DNA of 64,000 bases from positions 186,001 through 250,000 of the forward strand of contig OZ024741.1 in NCBI GenBank assembly GCA_964016885.1, given 5' to 3'. The notes under the pieces are model-generated. The model searched no databases, was not told the origin of the DNA, and saw nothing but the letters and a program-made list of their open reading frames with translations. Positions 27,241 to 40,369 of the stretch are shown one piece after another. Within the stretch, counting starts at the first letter, position 1. Each line of letters starts with the position of its first letter. The DNA comes from Eledone cirrhosa (Eukaryota). Made by a program: the position numbers and the translations under genes.

Positions 27241-27245
<5 letters not shown>
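26845..27245. repeat. Fold-back with ~120-bp arms enclosing a hammerhead
   Basis: Arms 26845-26967 and 27122-27245; (TA)n on both sides. Confidence 0.85.
26993..27071 (+). ncRNA. Type-I hammerhead with CAGAAGA (U4A) core
   Basis: GATACCCG-CAGAAGA-GCACAGGA..TCCTTGC-GAAA-CAGAT ttac ATCTG-TC/CAGGTATC. Confidence 0.7.
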
Positions 27246-27296
<51 letters not shown>

Positions 27297-27431
27297 CGAA
27301 GGAAATGTGGTAAGGAACCAGATGGACCATAACGCACCAAAGTACTCAATACTTAGGGTAGTAGAGTGGGTAATAGGAACGAGTAGAACCCCGACGGCTG
27401 AGCTCAAGCCGTTTCGACGGCTAATTCTGGA

Positions 27432-27495
<64 letters not shown>

Positions 27496-27579
27496 TAAAA
27501 ACCCACCATCTCCCCTACTAATTTGCAATCACAGAATTACTACTGACTTTTGACAATCACTTTGACCATATATGGAATT

Positions 27580-27673
27580 ACCCCTTGAGAAGATCGGCTA
27601 TTTAAATACCAGGATAAATTTTCATTTAGTCCAGAATTAACCGTCGAAACGGCTTGAGCTCAGCCGTCGGGGT
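27580..27673 (+). ncRNA. Type-I hammerhead with covariant UUGAGAA (C3U/G8A) core, family A
   Basis: ACCCC-TTGAGAA-GATCGGCTA..TAACCGTC (TAGCCGTC in sister copies)-GAAA-CGGCT tgagctc AGCCG-TC/GGGGT. Confidence 0.75.
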
Positions 27674-27683
27674 CTTACTGGTT

Positions 27684-27725
<42 letters not shown>

Positions 27726-28174
27726 ATTGAGTTAGTAATATATATATATACATATATAAATAATTAGTAATAATAAATTTGAAGATTCAGAAGATCCCGT
27801 TAAGGGTGAAAGCAGCGATTCTTTGCTTAAACTTTAATCTGTTATTTTAATAAATATATATAAATAATTATTTATATACATATATATATATGTACATAAA
27901 TGAAGTAATTCCGTCGGAAAGTTCCAGGAAAAAAGAGTGCTCTATGTAGGTTACAGAGCTTATTTATGTAATAAACAACATAAGATGATTGTTTCATTTA
28001 CCAGTGGTTTCTTGAAAGCAAATAAATCTGCTTTCAGTCGTCAGAATGAAAAAATTCTGGTGTTTTTATTGAATGTGGATTTGAAAAACAAAAATATTAG
28101 AAATATGACAATGAGGCTGAAGGAAGAAGAAAAAAAGAGAAAAAAATAATAAATATAAAAGTATATAAACACAT

Positions 28175-28239
<65 letters not shown>

Positions 28240-28247
<8 letters not shown>

Positions 28248-29062
28248 GTGTAATGAATTCTTTTACAATGGAATTAGCTCAAAAGGAAATATTCCTGAGC
28301 CGTGTATAAAAGTAATATATATGAGTAATATATATGATGAAACAGATACCAACACATCTGTATTTATATTGCAAAAGAAAGTTAGCCAGAATGAAGAATA
28401 TTAATTATTTTACCACAGTTCGTCCACATCGATTTAAAATAATAAATCGACAAAAACTAGCTGCGCTGCCAAATGGCTATGATGTTTATACATATTTAAA
28501 TTTCAAAGTCAAACCTGTTCAGTAGATAAGTTTAAACCTCAAAATCCAAACATGTTTCGAGATGAATAAGTGTATAAGTGTAGGAATATCATGCCACTGC
28601 TCTTCTCAGTAAACATCCAGAGACAATTGATAAGCTTCACTTCTAAATAATTTAAAAGACTGTGTGACGCACATGGGTTCACAGATTCAAGCTAGTCTCA
28701 TAACCGTACTGCTAGAAATAACAGTTGTATATATGAGGCGAATTTCAGCTCGACGAAGAGCAGTTATATTAAGTGTAATGAATTTGACTTTGAAATTTAA
28801 ATATGTATAAACATCATAGCCATTTGGCAGCGCAGCTAGTTTTTGTCGATTAAAATAATAATTTTAAATCGATGTGGACGAACTGTGGTAAAATAATTAA
28901 TATTCTTCATTCTGGCTAACTTTCTTTTGCAATATAAATACAGATGTGTTGGTATCTGTTTCATCATATATATTACTCATATATATTACTTTTATACACG
29001 GCTCAGGAATATTTCCTTTTGAGCTAATTCCATTGTAAAAGAATTCATTACACTTAATATAA
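28240..29062. repeat. Fold-back with ~270-bp arms; degenerate hammerhead on the minus strand of the spacer (~28545-28615)
   Basis: Arms 28240-28513 and 28783-29062; spacer minus strand CTGAGAA-GAG..CTC-GAAA-CATG-TT. Confidence 0.85.
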
Positions 29063-29158
29063 CTGCTCTGAATAGTGTTGTTTTAAACCAACATATGATA
29101 TGTTGATTTAAAACAACACTATTCACAAGTGTTTTTTAACCTTCATATCATGTCTTCC

Positions 29159-29229
29159 TATTTTATCTGATGAAAACACAAATATTATTGCATGATGATA
29201 TTTTTTTTTGAAATGCGCATAATAAAATA
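29159..29229 (+). ncRNA. Type-I hammerhead with palindromic stem III
   Basis: tattttat-CTGATGA-AT-rich stem II-GAAA-TGCGCA-TA/ataaaata; preceded by a hairpin at 29070-29124. Confidence 0.7.
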
Positions 29230-29352
29230 CATGGAACTCTTTTAACCATCTTTTGATCTTATATATTATGTATACTCCAATCCTACAAACTGTAGAGTGC
29301 TTCTTATCCGATATCTGCATTGCTTTATTGTACTACAATAAAACTCACCTCC

Positions 29353-29414
<62 letters not shown>

Positions 29415-29417
<3 letters not shown>

Positions 29418-30990
29418 TGCCCCGCAAAAGTTTACAACACATTAGGAAAAATGCAGTTTTAGGTATTTTTAATAAAGTTAGGGTAATGAAAAATTAACTA
29501 CCGATAGAACATATAATGAGGCATTTAATGATACAATCATATTTAAAAAGAATAACAAGGAAATAACTCATGAAGAAAAATCAATATTTTTATAACGCAA
29601 AAGTTTACAACACATTTATAAAATCATCTCTTAATATATCGTAGCGTAACCTTTGTTGCTAATTACAGCCTGTAGGGCGTTTGGAGTAGCCTCCTACAAA
29701 CTTCTTGCATGTTTCTTGGCTAATATTTATCCATTCTTCACAACAAATTTTCTTTAGTTCAGGGATATCGTGGGGTTTCCTTTTTTGAATTCTCTCCACA
29801 AATTTTCGATCGGGTTAAGATCTGGAGACTGACATGGTCATTTTAGAACATTTATTCCATTCGTACTTAACCAAGATTGTGTTAGCTTTGCAGTATGCTT
29901 TGGATTGTTATCTTGTTGAAAAAATCAACCTTGCTTTAAGCTGAGAGAATGTGCACTTTGATGTAAATTCCTTTGGAAAATACCTCCATAATAAGTGCCA
30001 CCCATTCTTCCTTCTATTATTTCAATATTTCCTACTCCTGTGGCACTAAAGCAACCCCAGACCATGATTGATCTACCTCCAAATTTTACAGTTGGAATAG
30101 TATTCTTCAGCGAATATTCAGTACCTTTCTTTCTCTAGACTTTTGCCACAGCATTTCGACCAAAATGTTCAATTTTTGTTTCGTCCGACTAAAGTACATC
30201 TTCCCAAAATGACGCAGGTTTGATGAGATGCTCATTTGCAAAGTTTAATCGACGAAGAACGTGTTTCCTCGTAAGAAGTGGTGTTTTCCTTGGAGACCTC
30301 GAGAAGATATTATATCGACGAAGTGAACGACTAATTGTATCTGTGCTCACTTTTACTCCACTTTCTTCTAGGTCATCCTGAAGATTTTTAAGAGTACACC
30401 GGGGTTCGTTGCCAACCTTTCTCGTCAATAACCGAGCTGCACGTTCTGTTATCTTTCTAGGACAACCAGAACTAATTAGAGGACAGATGGAATGATGAGA
30501 TTTCCAGTGACGAATTATTGTACCAACTGAACTCAATGGCACATTTAACTGACAAGATATCTTTCTATAACCAACACCATTTGTATGAAGGTCTACAATG
30601 CGTTTACAGAGGTCTTGATCAATCAGTTTATTTTTCCCCATATTGTCCATGTTTACAGGACGGTTGTCAATGTTTACAGGATGGTTGTCAGACAAATAAT
30701 GATGTAATGTTTTTAATAGTCCTTAGAAGTTACCTTAAACCTAATCTAGAACATTTTTAAATCTGAAAATTTAAGAATTTTCTTGAAAAAAAGCGATAAA
30801 TATAAAATATGTTGTAAAAATATTGATTTTTCTTCATGTGTTATTTCCTTGTTATTTTTTTTAAAATATGATTGTATCATTAAATGCCTCATTATATGTT
30901 CTATCAGTAGTTAAATTTTCATTACCCTAACTTTATTAAAAATACCTAAAACTGCATATTTCCTAATGTGTTGTAAACTTTTGCGGGGCA

Positions 30991-30993
<3 letters not shown>
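29415..30993 (-). mobile_element. Tc1-family DNA transposon, IR/DR type, transposase inactivated
   Basis: ~200-bp TIRs starting CAGTGCCCCGCAAAAGTTTACAACAC with an inner direct repeat; TA target; HTH plus SDETK, QQDNNPKH and SPDLNPIEN motifs with stops and frameshifts (~30644-29630). Confidence 0.92.
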
Positions 30994-31027
<34 letters not shown>

Positions 31028-31445
31028 CACATACACATAAATACACAAATACACACATATATATACATATATATATATATATACACACATACATATATAT
31101 ATATACATATACATATATATACATAATTATAAAAATAAATATATAAAGATAAATAAACGAATATAATGCATATACTAAAGTAAGCAGTCACATCACCTTA
31201 CACAGACAAAATACATATACATGAAATCAAAATAATAAATAAATAAAAGTCAAATATAAAGTCAAATATAAAAATAAAAAAATAAATAAAAAATAAAAAA
31301 TTAGCAAGTTGACAGCGATATGAAAGAGGAAAAAATACCACAAATAAAAATAAATAAACAAACACACGTGATATAATATATATATGTGTGTGTGGGTACA
31401 CATACAAACATATATATATACAAACATACATATATGCACGCAAAT

Positions 31446-31509
<64 letters not shown>

Positions 31510-31812
31510 GTAGAAGTTATATTTAATTTGTTGGGATACAACAAGCAAATATTTTTATAACTGATATAAAGCACTCAACAAATTTTTGGAGTAAAAATAC
31601 ACTATATTAACAAATGGAAACTATATTTATAAAACCGGGAGCTTCCAACCGACATGGTCGCATTCTTTAAGGGTATGTCAATATTTGTTTATAAAACTGA
31701 TCTATATTAAATTTTATCTCATGAAAGCGCACCATAATTTGCTCTGGTGTCCTTGAAATATGTATAATGAAATAAATATGGTTTTATAAATATAGTTTCC
31801 ATTTGTTAATAT

Positions 31813-31862
<50 letters not shown>

Positions 31863-31863
<1 letters not shown>

Positions 31864-32465
31864 TAGCTAAAGTACCCGTCCTTTGGACGGTTCAAGTAGC
31901 TTTCGATGTAGCTCATTAAACTAAACAAAGTAAATTTTAATACATAGAAGAGAAACGTACTTTATGTAAACATGAAAACCTTAGGCACTATTCCAGCGAA
32001 ATAATTAATATGTGAGTTCGGTGTCATCCGTTATCCCATGTTACAACAGAAATCCAGTCTAGGTATAAATTTTTTTGACAACAGTAAAACCTTTTGTTTC
32101 AAGTACAAAGAGTAAAGTAAAATCCGAATGAGCCGAATTGTAATAATCAAAATCCCCAAACAAAATGTTTGACAACATCAAAAATGAGTGCCTATTGTAT
32201 TGACGAAAGATAACTCTTGTCTTACTTAAAGATAACTCTTGTCTTACTTAATCACGAACATTGACACAAATAACCGAAAGTTTTTAATGTCTCCAAAGGC
32301 CCCAATATCGATTTTTGAAAGCCTTTGTAGATCATGTACAGGTTTTGTGCAAGGAGAAGTTCTGTAAAAAATTTCAAAGAAATCGCATGAATGGTTTAGA
32401 ATATATGAGCCCTCATTAAAAATTGTCCACACATACACACACATACAGAAACTACATTTATATAT
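31863..32465 (-). mobile_element. Non-autonomous Helitron-like element
   Basis: Terminal CTAG in (TA)n, hairpin ccgtcc ttt ggacgg, aaatttc..aaatcg..tggtttag subterminal motif. Confidence 0.55.
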
Positions 32466-32479
32466 ATATATTCATAACA

Positions 32480-32870
32480 CTCATATATGAAAAAACAACC
32501 TGTGACAACCCCCCCCCCCTCTCTTAATTGAAGAACTATTGTAACGCGAACTGGCGCGAAATTTATTATAATTATTGACAAACCAATCAAATTACTTCTC
32601 GAAAAACCTGGCATTTCGAGCCATTTTTTCCATATAAAACAAGTAACATTCAGAGACTAACCAGATGTGAGAAAAACCACAGACCCTCCATCTCAACTCA
32701 CCTTTTGAAAAGCAGAAGAACTGTGAAACCGGTAAAGGAACCAAATAAATATATATATTTTTTTTTTAAATAAGACTCCAGTTGCATTTTCGATTTCATC
32801 TCTTTTTCTTTATACTTTCACTCGTGTAGGACACCTCGGTTATTTTTCATTTTGTAAAAAAAACCTCACT
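32480..32870. repeat. Unclassified dispersed repeat; inverted copy at 46185-46575
   Basis: ~380 bp of clear homology between the two loci. Confidence 0.75.
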
Positions 32871-32899
32871 TTCTAATACCTCACTTTCTAAAACCTCAC

Positions 32900-33020
<121 letters not shown>

Positions 33021-33110
33021 AGAAGAACACAAAAGTCGCGTGACAACCACTTCGTGATAATTTTGACAGGGAAATTGTAATTTCATATCTTCCTCTCTAC
33101 CTCATTTACT

Positions 33111-33142
<32 letters not shown>

Positions 33143-33939
33143 CTCTCTCCTTCTCTCTCTTTTTCTCCCTATCTCCCTCTCCCTCCCCCTCTCCCTCCCT
33201 CTCGCCCTCTCTCTTCCTCCCTCTCCCCCTCTCCCTCTCTCTCTTTCTCAGTGTTGGCAAGCAGGTCACTGATCAACTACTTCTATCTATCTATCAAGAT
33301 GGTGTAGGACAGAATAAAATAGAGACACACAAAATGAAAACCTAGCCACTGAGGCGGACACAGAATGTGTGACGAAAGACCTTGGACAATATATAAACAA
33401 ACATCCAGTTATAGAACCAACCAACCGGAAATATATAATAAATTGAAGTTAAAACCAACAGGTGCATGTATTTTTATTGGCAAAAGACCCTCTCAAAGTA
33501 TAACAATATACATATATACATATATATATACATATATATATATATTTATATATATATATATATATATATATTGGTAAACGGAATAGAAAATGCTGACAAA
33601 TTGTTCACAGTTGAAAAATGGTTTAATTAGGAATAAAAGAGTATTAGTGATTGTATGGGTTAGTATTCAGTTGTGGTTTTAAGTTTTTAAGTTTTTACTG
33701 GTTGCGCATTTCTAAATGCTTTTCAAAAATAATTTTGAGATAGAGTGTCCGTGCTGTTTGCTCTGATCTGATTAGTTTTGGAAATTCTACCTGTTTTTAT
33801 GTTAAAAAAGTGGCTCCAGCAAAAATTCTTGGTCAAAACAATTTTGATTGGTCGGTAGAGGTCATGTGGATAAAAAATTGGTTTTGCGCCAACATTGAGA
33901 AATGACTCTTTCACAACAAATATGTGTGTGTGTGTGTGT

Positions 33940-33988
<49 letters not shown>

Positions 33989-34098
33989 TGTGTGTGTGTG
34001 TATGTGTGTGTGTGTGTGTGTGTGTGTAGTAGTAGTAGTAAGGTGTTCGATGCTGCGACAATGGCCAGCAGCGATGTGTGTCAAATGGCTATTAAGAT

Positions 34099-34173
<75 letters not shown>

Positions 34174-34679
34174 GCAGAGTAATTCGATGGTCAGTAAGAA
34201 TGTGTCTGAAAGCAATGGGGGTTATTTTAGCATGTCAAAAGATATTTTTCAGCTTTTGTCTTATACGGAGAAGTGCGTGTGTGTGTGTGTGTGTATAAGT
34301 CTCTTTGTATGTTGATGTACGCGTGTGTATGTGTTTGTGTATATATGTGTGTGTGGGGGGGGGACCAGTATTTTTTCCCCCTGGTAAAATGGTGTACATT
34401 ATTCGATTTTTTCAGTAAAATCGGTTCTCTTAATAGAACATCAAAAATCTTAACGATAAAAGGTGTGAAATGATATTCACTATATATATATACACATACA
34501 TATATTCACTACATATATATATATATATATACATATATACATACATATATATGCACATATATTTTTTTGTATTGCACCATAGAGCATGTGTGTTTACGTG
34601 TGTAATTGTGTTTATATGTGGGTAGAGATGTGTGCTGATGTAGGTATGTATGTTGACGTGTGTATGTTGTGGGTTCGTA

Positions 34680-36790
34680 TTAGGGAGAAGTGTTTATACG
34701 GGGTCCGTATTTGTTAATGAAGTAAGATTCCTTGCTGATGCGCTGGGTGTGGGTCGCATTATCTTTAAATTTGTAGAGGGGAAAGATTCTGAAGTTGGGA
34801 TGATTTGGGGCGGCACATGTATCAATGTGTTCACTCAGTGGTATTTTCCTGTATTCCCGTATTTTAATTTGGGATCTATGGACAGTCATGCGTTGGCGGA
34901 GGCTGTTTTTGGTCTGGCCTATGTATTGTTCTCGACAACCTGAACAAGTTAATACATATATTAGATTTTCCGATGCACATGTGAAATTGTGTTTTACTAT
35001 AAAACGTTGTCCATCTTTGAAATAGAATTCCGAACCCTCTATTAGGTTGATGCAAATGCCACAGTTGGGTCTATCGCATTTTTTTACTGTGGGTTTCGTT
35101 GTTGTGGTTGGCAGTACTTTGGCATGTGTTAAGATGTTTTTCATTGACTTGGATTGTCTTTTGCTCTTTATGATATCGTGTGTTCGTAGAATTTGGTTCA
35201 TTCTATGGTCCTTTTTCAATACAGGGATGTTCTGGAGGATGGTGTCAAAGGCCTCATTGTTGAGGGGGTTGTGTGTGGAGATGTATGGAAGAGCTTTTAG
35301 TTTTGGTTGATTTACTTTAGGGTGTCTAAGGTCCTGGGTACTGAGTTTTAGGGCACGTTGGATTCCATTGTCAATTAGTGATGCAGGGTAGTCCCTGCCT
35401 ATGAGTGTGTCCTTTAGTTCTTGTAGCCGTAAGTAGCAGATGTTTTTATTGGAGACTATAGTACAGATTCTCTTGGCTAAGTTGTAGGGAATATTAATTT
35501 TAACGTGTCTAGGGTGGCAAGAGTTGAAGGGGAGATATTGCTTGGAGTCTGTTGGCTTGTAGTATATGTCTGTTTCTATTTTTTTGTTATGGATCTTAAT
35601 GAGGATGTCGAGGAAGGGGAGTTGTTGATGGCTGTATTCCATCGTGAAGTTAATATTTGTGTTGAGCCCATTTATAAGGGTGTGAAATTCTTTAAGTTTT
35701 TCGATGTTTTCGTGCCAAAGGATGAAGCAGTCATCTAGATATCGCTTCCAGTTCCTTTCAATGTGTAAGTGGAGGGTGTTTCCAAATTTGTTTAGGACTT
35801 TAGTGTAGAGGCTGATTTCCAGGTATCCCATGACCAGGTTGGCATAAGTAGGGGCTGTTTTCGTTCCCATAGCGGTCCCAGATTTCTGCCTGTAGGGTTT
35901 GTTATTGAAAACGAAGTAATTGTTCTCCAAGATAAATTTGAGTCCCTCTATCACGAATTCGTTTTTGATGCGTTGTGGGAGTTCATTGTGGAATTTATCC
36001 AGCCAGAATTGGATAGCTTCTATTCCTAGGTTGTGGGGGATGTTGGAGTATAGGTTGACTACATCGAACGTCACTAGTAGGGTTTGTTCAGAAAGTGGCA
36101 TATTAGGGAGGTGATTGAGCATATCTAGGTCGTCCCTTATATAGCTTTTGATGTGCTTGAGGAAGGGTTTGAGAAGGGTATCAATGAAGTTGCTAAGACG
36201 GTGCGTTTCGCAAGCGGGGCCTGCTATTATAGGTCTTAATTTGAGATCATTGGGTGAGGGGACATTGATGACTATGTCTGTGGCTTCCTTGCATGCCTTA
36301 CTGATTGATTCGCTTTTATGTACTTTAGGGATACCGTAGAAAAGGCTGTATTTACTTGTGAAGTCTGTGATGAAGCTGAATTCCTTGTTAGTGAGTCCTT
36401 CTTTGTATTGGTTGATTAGAGTTTTTAGGTTTCTCATAATTTTCTGTTGATTGTAGTGTTCAGCCTTTTCATAGTATGTTTCGTTTTCCAAAGTGGAGAG
36501 CGCTAAGTTGATATAGAATTCTGTCTCCATTAGGACTACTGTACTCCCTTTATCAGCCTCTTTAATTGTAATGGTTCTGTCGGTTTTTAATCTATTTAAT
36601 TCTTCCCATTCTTTCTTGTTGAGGTTTGGCTTGTGTTTTTGTCTGTGCAAGTGTTGGTAAGGGAAGTTTGTGATGTGTTCACAGAATTCGTCCAGGATTT
36701 TATTTCTACCTTTTGAAGGGGTGTAATTGCTTCTATTTCTGGCTAATGATTCATCCTCATTGTACTGGTCGAATAGTTGTTCACTAAGTC
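34680..36790 (-). mobile_element. Penelope-like element, open RT + GIY-YIG ORF (at least 656 aa, 5'-truncated), Neptune-like
   Basis: IKEADKG, FYGIPKVHK, LRPII, FDVVNLYSNIP, GTAMG, RYLDD, LPFLD; Cys linker CDRPNCGIC; LIYVLTC..YIGQT. Confidence 0.93.
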
Positions 36791-36834
36791 GTATATATAA
36801 TACTATTTATAGTTATGTATATAGTATAAGAGAA

Positions 36835-39435
36835 CATGTCTGGTATGCCTACTCATAGGGTATACCATCTAAACCGGGGGATTTGTTTTTCCAACAGCGG
36901 CCTAGGGCGTCTTCTATTTCGCCCGCTGTCATCGACCTTTCGCAGCCCTCTGCATCCGTGTTCGAGAGTTGCGGTAGGCCGTCGAGGTACGATCTGGTGT
37001 CCATCACCCCGCTCGACACACCGCTCTGTCCGAACAGTTGTGCAAAGTGCTGCTGGAAGACCGTGCACATCTGCTTGGATTCAAGTAGAATGCGTCCGTC
37101 TTGGTTTTCCAAAGACCGAATTGTGGATTTGTGTGTTGCCACTTTTCACCACTGCCCAGCTAACAGCTTTGGCTCCCTCGTTTCTCAGAGCACTTGCTCT
37201 ACTTCTGACAATACAACCTTAGTGTTTCACGTTGAAGAACTGATCTAGTGTCGTTCTCGCCGCTAGCACGTCAGCTGTACTGCCTCTTCTACTTAGGCTA
37301 CCAGTTACTTTTGTTCAGTTTTGTTCTTTTCTAAAGCAACTTCCTTGCTACAGGCTATTGATTTTACTCTAATTGCTCTGTTGAGAGAGCTCCACCACCT
37401 GTTATTGACGATGGCCCCCGTCAACTGGCGTTTAACTAAAGTGCTAATCCGTTTACTGTAGGCTTTACGCGCCGGGAGCGACATGCTTAGCTTCCATATG
37501 GACAGCTTAATGTTTCCCTATCATTTTGTCAAATTAGAAATCTATCTAAATACGATCTAGAAGACCCAGTGCGGTTGCTCCACGGCCACAGTGGTGCACT
37601 TGGGAAGTCTACTCGATATCTATCAGCCAGTTGGAATAGGCTGATGAGATTTTTGAGGCTATTACACCCAACTCTAATATCACAAGCTCCTACATAGTCC
37701 CAACGTGCGTCTAAGATGCCATTCCAGTCCCCCGCTAATACTAAGGAGAGAGACGTTCTCAGGAATGGCTCCAGACGCTTGAAGAACTCTGGTCGCGATG
37801 TCCCAGTCGGGGCATATACGGCCACCAGTCTGAAAGCTCCACCTTCACTACCATTCACGTCCAGGACTACCAGGCTGCCCTCCGGGTCCAAGTGAAACGT
37901 CTGTACTTTGAGATACGTCTTTTCGAAATAAAACAGCAACTCCCCTCCACCTGCTGGATGACAGAGAGATTGGTAGATCTGAAAGTCATTGAACATGGGG
38001 GTTAACTGCTGCTTGTCGTGAATCCTGGACTCGCTAACCGCTATCACATCTATACGGTGTGACCTGAGATCATTTAAAAGTTGGCCCTGTTTCCAGGGCA
38101 CGCCCAAGCCACGTACATTCAAACATCTAACTTGTACAGTCGCTATGTTGGTGAAGAAGAGTTAAGGAGAGAAAAAGGCAGGAACACTTAGCTTTTCGTT
38201 TCCTGGAGGTCGGGTTGTTCGATCTCCATGTCCAGATTGGGTGTGCTTGGGGAGGGATGGAATCATTTTAGCAAGACACGGTTAAGGGGTTTTTGAAAAG
38301 GTGGCCCCACAGCATTTGGGAAGTTCTGTTTCATGGTTTCGTATTGCAGGGTTATGACCCTGATTAGATTCAGGTTTGTGGGTGGTTCATTGTTTGGGAA
38401 AGTTTCCCTTCTGTTTGAATGGTGGGTCCTTTCGGACAGTTTCTACTAGTTTTTTGATCGGGGGTCTTATGTATGTGTACTGCGTTTCGCTTTTCATGTG
38501 TTCTGTTTCTATTTGTAGTTTTCTTTTTGTTGTTGAGGTTTGTGATTGTGGTGGTGTGGGTGTTTGCTTTGTGAGTGAAGTGTCTGGTTGTGGTGATGGT
38601 TGTCGTGTGTGGCGGTGTGTTTATGTCGGTGTTGGGCGTGCGCGTGTTTTCTGTAAATGTTTTTGCTTTTGTATTTTTTCTGAGTCTTTTTTGTTTCTTA
38701 GATTTTTGGGGTTCCTCTTCGTCCTCACTTGGAGATGTAACGGTTCCCGTGTCTGGGATGTTATCATTGTGGGTATGTGGGAGGGCTATGTTGTGTCGTG
38801 GTGGAATGTGTGTGTATTTGTGGGAGTGTTAGACAGAGGGGGGATGGATAGGATAGAATCCTTCAAGGGATTTTTGGTATGGTGTCTTTTGTGGTTTGTG
38901 ATGGTGGGGTGGATGTTGATGGTTTGGGGGTTGTGTTCTTAGTTTTTGGGTGTTGCTGTTGAGGTCTGAATGTTGGTAGCAACACCTTATTTAGTTTCTG
39001 CGTGTTCAGCATTGGCCAGAATGCTTTTATCTGTGTCTTTTCCACATTTAAAATAGACATACAAACACACACAAAATCCAAACTAACAAAACAAATCAGG
39101 CACACACAGATAGAACAAACAACCAACTAGTGACAAGTAAATAAACACATAAATAAATAACTAAAAACACACACGCCCGGATGTAACGCATGCGCAAACA
39201 AGAATACAACACACAACACACAAACACAAGATGGTGTAGGGCAGAACAAAGGAGAGACACAAAATAAAAAATAAAAACCTAGTCACTGAGGAGGTGACAA
39301 AAGAGCTTTGACAAATTATAAACAACCTTCCGGTTATCGAACCAACCAACCAGCCGGAAACTTATAATAAATTGAAGTGACACCAACAGGTGCGTGTGTT
39401 TTTATTGGCAGCATGACTCTCCCAAAGTATAACAA
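36835..39435 (-). mobile_element. L1/Tx1-type LINE with 5' UTR, low-complexity ORF1 remnant and APE, truncated in RT
   Basis: NVRGL, VYAP, GDWN, YLDRF, KSPGLDG; K/T/P-rich ORF1 region ~39062-38170. Confidence 0.88.
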
Positions 39436-39689
39436 TATCTGTTTTAACACACGTTTTCAGATAAGAAATCTTTCAAAACAAATTCAAGAACGAAGTATAT
39501 ATATACATATATGCATATATATGTGGTAAAAACCATGGGATTTGCACCTAAAAAGTTCCTCTCCGAGACACAAGCCCAGGCAAGGGGTTGTGGAATACCA
39601 GCAGTCACCCGTGCATTACTGTATCCACCCTCCACGCCATCAATGTTTTCTGAAGGAAAAACAAAGGCCAATACAGCTTTTGCACCACA

Positions 39690-39807
39690 ACTCATTTCTC
39701 CAGCATAGTGAACTGGAGCAAAGTGAAATAAAGTGTCTTACACCACCCGTTCCGGAAATCGAACTCACAACCTCACGATTGTGAAACCAACGCTTTAACC
39801 ACTTCAC
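39690..39807 (-). mobile_element. tRNA-derived SINE head (second family, CORE-like)
   Basis: Minus strand gtggttaaag..gagttcgatttcc..aagacactttatttcac. Confidence 0.6.
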
Positions 39808-40369
39808 ATATTTATCTATTTTTTTTTTTACTGTTCAGTCAGGGAGGAAAATACAATGCCTCTGACCCCTGGGTCTCCAAGACTGGTGGGCGAGTTTAAG
39901 GTATCTTGAAATTGGAGACCTGATAAAGCCTTCAACTGAATGTATGAACCCTAAACTCTGAGTTGTAGAGACATACGACATGCCTTGGGCATTTCAAACC
40001 TGACGGAGCCTATCCCCTCTCCAGGTCTGATTAACACGGCTGATTTCTTCTAGAGAATTAAAGGGTGTGATATAGAGAATGTGAGAAAGGGTTATAGAAG
40101 AATCGGTTGGTACTTTTTTCATCGGCTTCGAATGGATGAAAGACGAAATTAACTTAGGCGGGGTTTTAATTCAAAGTACACTGAGCTAGAACAAATACCG
40201 CAAAGTTTTCTATGGGAATGTCAATTCGCCGCCTTGCTTACAACAGAAAAACTCTGCTAAAGGCCTCCGCGGACCAGGTGGTCATGTTAAACCGAGTGAA
40301 CGATTAAAGCAACCAGAAAAAAATAATTTAAAAATCCAAACCAGGGAAAGCATGTTTGTAACAACCCCT

